A stretch of DNA of 64,000 nt, taken from Oikopleura dioica (Eukaryota; Animalia; Chordata). The notes beneath the pieces are model-generated. The model did no database searches, was not told where the DNA came from, and saw only the letters and a list, made by a program, of their open reading frames with translations. Made by a program: the position numbers and the translations under genes. Positions 58,447-64,000 of this stretch are shown in pieces; positions within the stretch are counted from its first letter, which is position 1; each line of letters opens with the position of its first letter. The stretch is from contig OU015569.1 of the NCBI GenBank assembly GCA_907165135.1, positions 8,308,001 through 8,372,000 of the forward strand. Direction: 5' to 3'.

Positions 58447-60171
58447 CAGTCGCTCAGCGCACAACCGAAAAGATCATCTAAACTCTAATCTTATGACAGG
58501 ACGGGAATAGAAATGTTGAGCTTGGCTCAATTGTGTTGAACAAAGGCGAGATCCCGCGCCCACGTACACCAGCTTCTTTACCCGAGACCTGAATTCTCGT
58601 CAATATTTTCGAGTTCTGCGATGACTAAGTACATGTTCGATACTTCGTCATCATCTCAACCCCGCCCAGCCTATCGATTGCTTTTCAGAGCATTCCCCTC
58701 TTTTTCTCGGCACGAGCCCTCTGCTAACAATCCCCTCGAATTATGGGCGTTCACATAAAAGGCCAGTGTCCTTTCATGCTTCGCTGGGGACGGGGATGAT
58801 CTCTTTCACAGCGTCTTTTTTTTAGTAAACTACCACAATTGCCGCCGGCCGTGGCGAGAGACTCTCAAGCCTATCTTTCAAAAATTAGGTTAAATTTTTC
58901 CAAAGTCTGTGGAGATGTGCCTTTACCGTCGACTGACAATGGCCTCAAACGGGCGCACTGGCACGGGGCCAAGTGGATCTTTGGCGGATTTGTGTAACTA
59001 ACTAAACGAATCAACACAGTGAAGCCAGGGTCATGAGCTCGAGCAACTAACCTGTCTGGTCTTCTTCCACTGGACAGCCAGACTCGTCTTCTGCGTCTAC
59101 TCAGTTTACTCTCAACTGGGGCACTCTCGTCTACTTTACACGTGTTTATAGGTGTTTTCGAGGCGTACGTTCAACAATTCGCCCAAAATACTACTTGGAC
59201 TGAAATTTTGACTCTGAGACAAGTGTGATACAGTCTAAGAGGCTTCGATTTTTTTTGTGAAAAAGATAGAGGGCGCTTGGTTAAAAGTATTTTTGGTTGT
59301 TTTCGAGTTGAGCTGTTTGCGTTCAGATAGATCGCGACTGAGGGGGCGCGGGCGCGTGACTTGCGACCCATTTGCGAGCACACGTGGGCTTCGACACCCA
59401 GCTACATGCGGCCAAAGCAGCCCAGTTGACCTCCTTCCGCACTTTATTGTTGTGAGAGTACTTCCGGCCCCAGGAACAGAACAGAGTACTCGAGAGTCGA
59501 CGGAAGCCGAGAAGGGCTGAACAGCTCCGCGCAGAACGGACGTGCGCTCGCGATCGGCCCGCGGCGCCATTCTCAAATACTACTGGGCCAGTCCGGGGCG
59601 TGGAAATCCCAAATGTCGAAAACAACCATCACCAAAGCAAACCCTCAGAGATATCTGATGCAAACGTGGATCTTCAAACTAGATATGCTCGACCGAGCCC
59701 TTCCATGATTGATTTAAATCGATTAGGGTAGCTATCAGAAGAGAAAAGCTCGGCGCGCGGTGCTGACACGCCTACAAAATTCAAATTTGCCTTGAATCTT
59801 CAAAACTTGAAAACACATTTCGCCGACCAGTGCTTTATCCTTCTTCGAGCTTGAAAACATCCTATTTTCGCCAAGACTAATTTGCAAAGTTCATTTCTCG
59901 CGTGCTAGTTGTCCCTTACTGTTACAACGATTTACTGTTAAAAAACATTTTGTCCTTTTTTTAAATGCAACTGAAATGAATCTTCCTTGTTTGATATTTA
60001 AGTGCAAACTAACTTAGGTCTTTTTCAATATATTTGTTTGTTCCAGTGTTTAAATTTATCCGTGGGCAGTGCTAACACTAAAAAGGAATGCGAGAATTTT
60101 AACGGTAGTGTAAAAAGGGTGCGGTTAAGTGGGGAAGACGTGTTACAGAAGTGAACTTAGGGGAAAAATTA

Positions 60172-63100
60172 TCAGTCAGAGTCAGAATCAGAGTTGATTA
60201 CATTTCTTCGACCTACTCGCTTCTTCATAAAATCATCATCGTCTGACTCGAGGTCATCTGGAGTTTCGTCATCATCGGATTCCAATTCCACGATTCTACC
60301 GTACTTGGCCTTACGCTTTACAGGTCGCTCGTCCTCCGAGTCAAAGTGATCTTCAGCTTCCATGGACTCGTCATCAGAGACCGACTGTTCATTGATCTCT
60401 GACCCATCGTCAATGAAGCTGCCCATATCATCGTCCATGTCTTCGACTATACTCTCTTCAGGGTCATCTTCGTCGTCAGTCTCTTGACGAGGAGGCAGCT
60501 GAGAGCGCCGTTTAAATTTTCGCTTCTTCCGGGAAGCACAGACGGACGCATTGTGCAAAACTAAATTCAAGTAAATATACTTGAAAATAGATAGTAGAGT
60601 AAACTTACTGTTATTATATTCTTCCTCTGAGTCGACTATTTCACCAGTAGTCTCGGCAATCATTGAAGATACATTAGCTTGAGAGTCGAATAAGAAAGAA
60701 TTCTCTGGTGGTTTCTGGGTATCTGGGGCCAGAATTGGATTGAATGACCGTCTCGAGGATGAGTTTGCGGATTGACTATCAGACACGTGCAACCCGTTCG
60801 AGGAGTGACTCTTCTGGGGCTGATCAGGGGAATCGTCAGAGTCGCTTGAACCGCCGAAAAGTAAATCTGATGCTTCTTCTGTAGTTAGTTCGTGAGCATC
60901 ACCGGGTTTTATATCGTCGGGCTTGGAATGCTTTAGGAGAATCAATATTTTCTTCATATGTTTGGTAATTTCGAATACAGAAAAATAAAATTATTTGATC
61001 CTAGCCTTAGACGTTTCTCTTATATGCTGATAAATCATCGAAGAAGAGCGTTCATCAATCTGCAGTTCGTAAGAGTCTGCCGTTGCATCAGAGTCGAAAT
61101 CTTCATCTTGCTTCAAGTCCAGATCTTGTGGAAGATCACCGATTCCACTCATTGTGCCATCAGGGTTCGATTGGTTCTTAGCCGGGTCTGTCGTTTCCGT
61201 ATCGAAGCTGTCGAATTTGAATTCACCAGGCGCGAATCTTTGTGTCACCTGCACCGCATCATCAAGGACTGACACCTCCCGATTTGCCTGTGACTTTTTG
61301 GGACTCGTTGGGAGGGGTGATTTTTCGTCATCATCGTCCTCAAAAGGTTCATCACCTCCGATAGACATATTGCTAACGGACTCGTTCAAGTCATCCTCGA
61401 TGAGCGCTGCGATACGTTTCGGAGGAGCAATTGTTGAATTAAGTGATGGGCGTGCCTCGGGAAAAAAAGTCTGCTCCAAATGATTGATTTGTGCGCTGGC
61501 GGAGCCACCAACAATTTCAAGCTCCATCTGATCATCATCATTGCTATCGTCAGATTGCGCGTCAATGTTGAGCTTGCTTCTTCGAGTTGGGTTTGTCTGA
61601 CTCGGTCTTTCATCTCTTGCACTTGGAGAAGATGATGGAGATTCCTTGAAAAGTCTTTTCTTCATATAATCGTCCGGGGTCGTATTTAACTTATCCATGT
61701 TCATGCGGTTAAAATGCGGCGAGTTCGTATAGATATTATCTGCGCGATACACCTTCCGTTCTGGGACTGGCGAAAGATCCTCTTCGCTGGAAATAAGAGA
61801 AACCACTTGTGACTCCATCTTTGGCAGCATAGGCGGCTCCGGCTTTCTCCACATGTTTTGTTTGTAAGCTTCACCTGGCTCTTCTTTCTTTATTGGACGA
61901 ACGAAATCAAGCGAGTTTCCAAAGATTCGCGCCTTTCCCGAATTTTCTCCGCTCGATGTACCTGCGGAGAGATCGTCGAAATTAGGTTTCTGGAACGGTA
62001 TTCTTGAGAAGTCAACATTCGAGTTCTCCGTTAAAGGATTACGAGGTGGATATTGCGGATAGGGAATAGCTTCTTTTGGCAAGTCGACATCCTTCGGGTA
62101 GTACTTCTTGACGCTTTGTCCACCAGTTCCAACAGTGGCAGCGATTTTTCTCAGATTTTGCTTGTCCTCCTCAGTCAGTTCTTCCTTTTGAACGTCAGGC
62201 GCTTCAAATGCCAGGTCATGATCGTGAATACCTGCGTGGAAGCTTTTGAAGGTATTCAATTTCTCCAGTAGTTCAAGTAGTTGAGGGTAGACTTTTCGTT
62301 TTTTAGCAACGACGGCTAACGCCTTCTGTGTCTCTAAAAAGGAGTTAACTTCAAATTCGATGACGGATCAAGCACATACCTGAGCACATGTTTTCCGCAT
62401 CGGAAACTGGTGGATTGAACAATTCACGAATGTCGGAGTCCGTGAAGAGTCTTGTTGGATCGTCGTTTTCGCCGTTGTTCTGGCTGATGATGGACTTCTT
62501 GAAGAGCTGCTTTCGGTAGATTTTCTCTTCGATAGTGTCGCAGGTAATTAGCCGAAATACTACCACAGGTCGAACTTGCCCAATTCGATAGGCCCGGTCA
62601 ACAGCTTGGTCATCTCGCGATGGATTCCAATCGGGATCGAACACAATGACTCGAGTAGCTGCAGTCAATGTCAATCCAACGGCACCTACTCCTGTAGTCA
62701 GCATAAAAATCTTGATCCTCTCGTCTCTCTGGAATCTCTGCACCTTCTCATCTCGCACAGGGATCTTGTCTTTTCCATCCATTCGCATGTAGTTAATGTC
62801 TTTCTCCTCCAGAATTTTCGCGACAATATCCAAGATTTTAATCGACTGCGAGAAGATAAGCATTTTAGCTGGAATGATGGCGTCAACAAGCTCTGACAAG
62901 ACTTTCATCTTTCCACTCTCCTCGAGGAGTGTGTCCAAGTCGCAATCATGAATTCTGTTCGCTGCGCATTCGTTAGCCAAAGTCTCATTGAAAGAACCTT
63001 CAAATAAACCGGCCGCGCGACAAGCATTGTTGGCCATTCTGCGCGGATGATCGCAGATTTTCTTCAACACCGTGCATTGCACAAGGGGAGATGCCTTCGC

Positions 63101-64000
63101 CATCAATGCATTTCGCACGTCGTCTGATGACAAGAAATCTAAACACATGGATTAATAGAAGACGCCAGTTGTCGAAACTTACCCTTGTAAATTTTCATTT
63201 GTTTCGCTGTCATCTTGCACCAAAGTACGAAGTCATTCTTCGGAGGAAGTTCTGGGAAAGAAGGCCCGTCTCCCGAGCCTCCCGATTCTGCTTTCTCGTT
63301 GACTTCATCCTTGGTCCTTCTTAGAATCCAGAAATCAGTCTTGTCGCGCAACACCTTGCTAAGCATGTTCGCTCGATGGACCTCGTAGGAACGCGCATTT
63401 TTGGTTCGTCCTATCTCGATCGGCTTTTGATACTCATTTTTAAAGGTAGCCTTTTAACAGTTCAAAACACATGTAAACTTTTTAAATCGCGTTTCTTTCA
63501 GATTAACTCTGTTTTAACTGGCCTGGTTCATGTCAAGAATTCTATCTTGGCTCATAACGCTCATCAGAGTGAAGAAATCGACGAGTTTGTTCATCACTGG
63601 TGTACCGGTCAGAAGAAGTCGGTGCGTTGACTTTATCCCGTCGATTGCCTTTGACGATTTACGGCTAGCATTTTTGATGTTGTGGGCTTCGTCCAAGATC
63701 ATGTAAGGCCATGTCCAGTCCCGTCCGTTCTTCGAGTTGAGAGCGTCCATGCTCGTACGGCAGACGCCGTAGGAGGCAATGACAACGGCTGACCGACAGG
63801 CTTGGGCGTGATAAAGATCTCTCTCGCGCTTTCTTTTCGCAATATCGCCAGAGAAGCGAAACTGGGAGACATTGGGCACCCACTTGCGGAGCTCAGCCTC
63901 CCAGTTCGGAATCAACGAGGTGGGAACGATGATCAAGAAGTGCCGCGCTTCGCCCATATCGAGTAGAGCGCCGATGAACGCTGCCACCTATCAGAAGACT
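60172..64000 (-). CDS. ERCC6L: SNF2-family DNA translocase ERCC6L/PICH (N-terminus beyond the window end)
   Basis: LIIVPTSLIPNW...WPYMILDEAHNIK...RLLLTGTP; LRRTK...KNDFVLW; VLKKICDHPR; ESGK; LIFSQS; LLT-type MLTTGVGAVGLTLTAATRVIVFDPDWNPSRDDQAVDRAYRIGQ; EEKIYRKQLFK; long acidic disordered tail. Confidence 0.88.

Noticed and set aside
1-64000. CRISPR arrays, rRNA, 5S/SL RNA genes, telomeric repeats, intact retro- or DNA transposons
   Set aside because: No regularly spaced repeats, recognisable RNA consensus, RT/integrase/DDE motifs or TTAGGG arrays were seen by eye.

Overview
Compact eukaryotic genomic DNA, not prokaryotic: about 35 intron-containing genes, most introns only about 35-110 nt long. 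Several splice junctions only work with GA/GG/GC donors, and same-strand genes are 58-450 nt apart. Together with the chordate-type gene content, this points by inference to the larvacean tunicate Oikopleura dioica or a close relative. Recognisable genes: two CENP-B/Tigger-type HTH paralogs, a multi-C-type-lectin receptor with a trefoil domain, a two-domain pseudo-serine-protease, a GPI-type Ly6 protein, cystinosin, a multi-chromodomain protein, UST-like sulfotransferase, endosulfine, cytochrome b5, a ZC3H14-type PWI/RS protein, APH-1, NDUFB5-like, MOB1-like, an ankyrin-archease fusion, MRPS21-like, a lectin-ZP protein, GLT1D1, RSPH14, Lgl, a catalytically degenerate mitochondrial SerRS paralog (SLIMP-like), a divergent bHLH, Unkempt, and ERCC6L/PICH (cut by the window end). 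The most unusual items are the uninterrupted ankyrin-archease ORF, the SLIMP-like protein with a long N-terminal extension, the zinc-finger-less ZC3H14-PWI/RS protein, the 3-4x chromodomain protein, and a diverged inverted duplication (37.8-38.8 kb) whose conserved core may be a structured RNA. All family assignments come from motifs recognised by eye and exon boundaries were inferred by hand; no database search was run. No tRNA, rRNA, CRISPR array or intact transposon was found.
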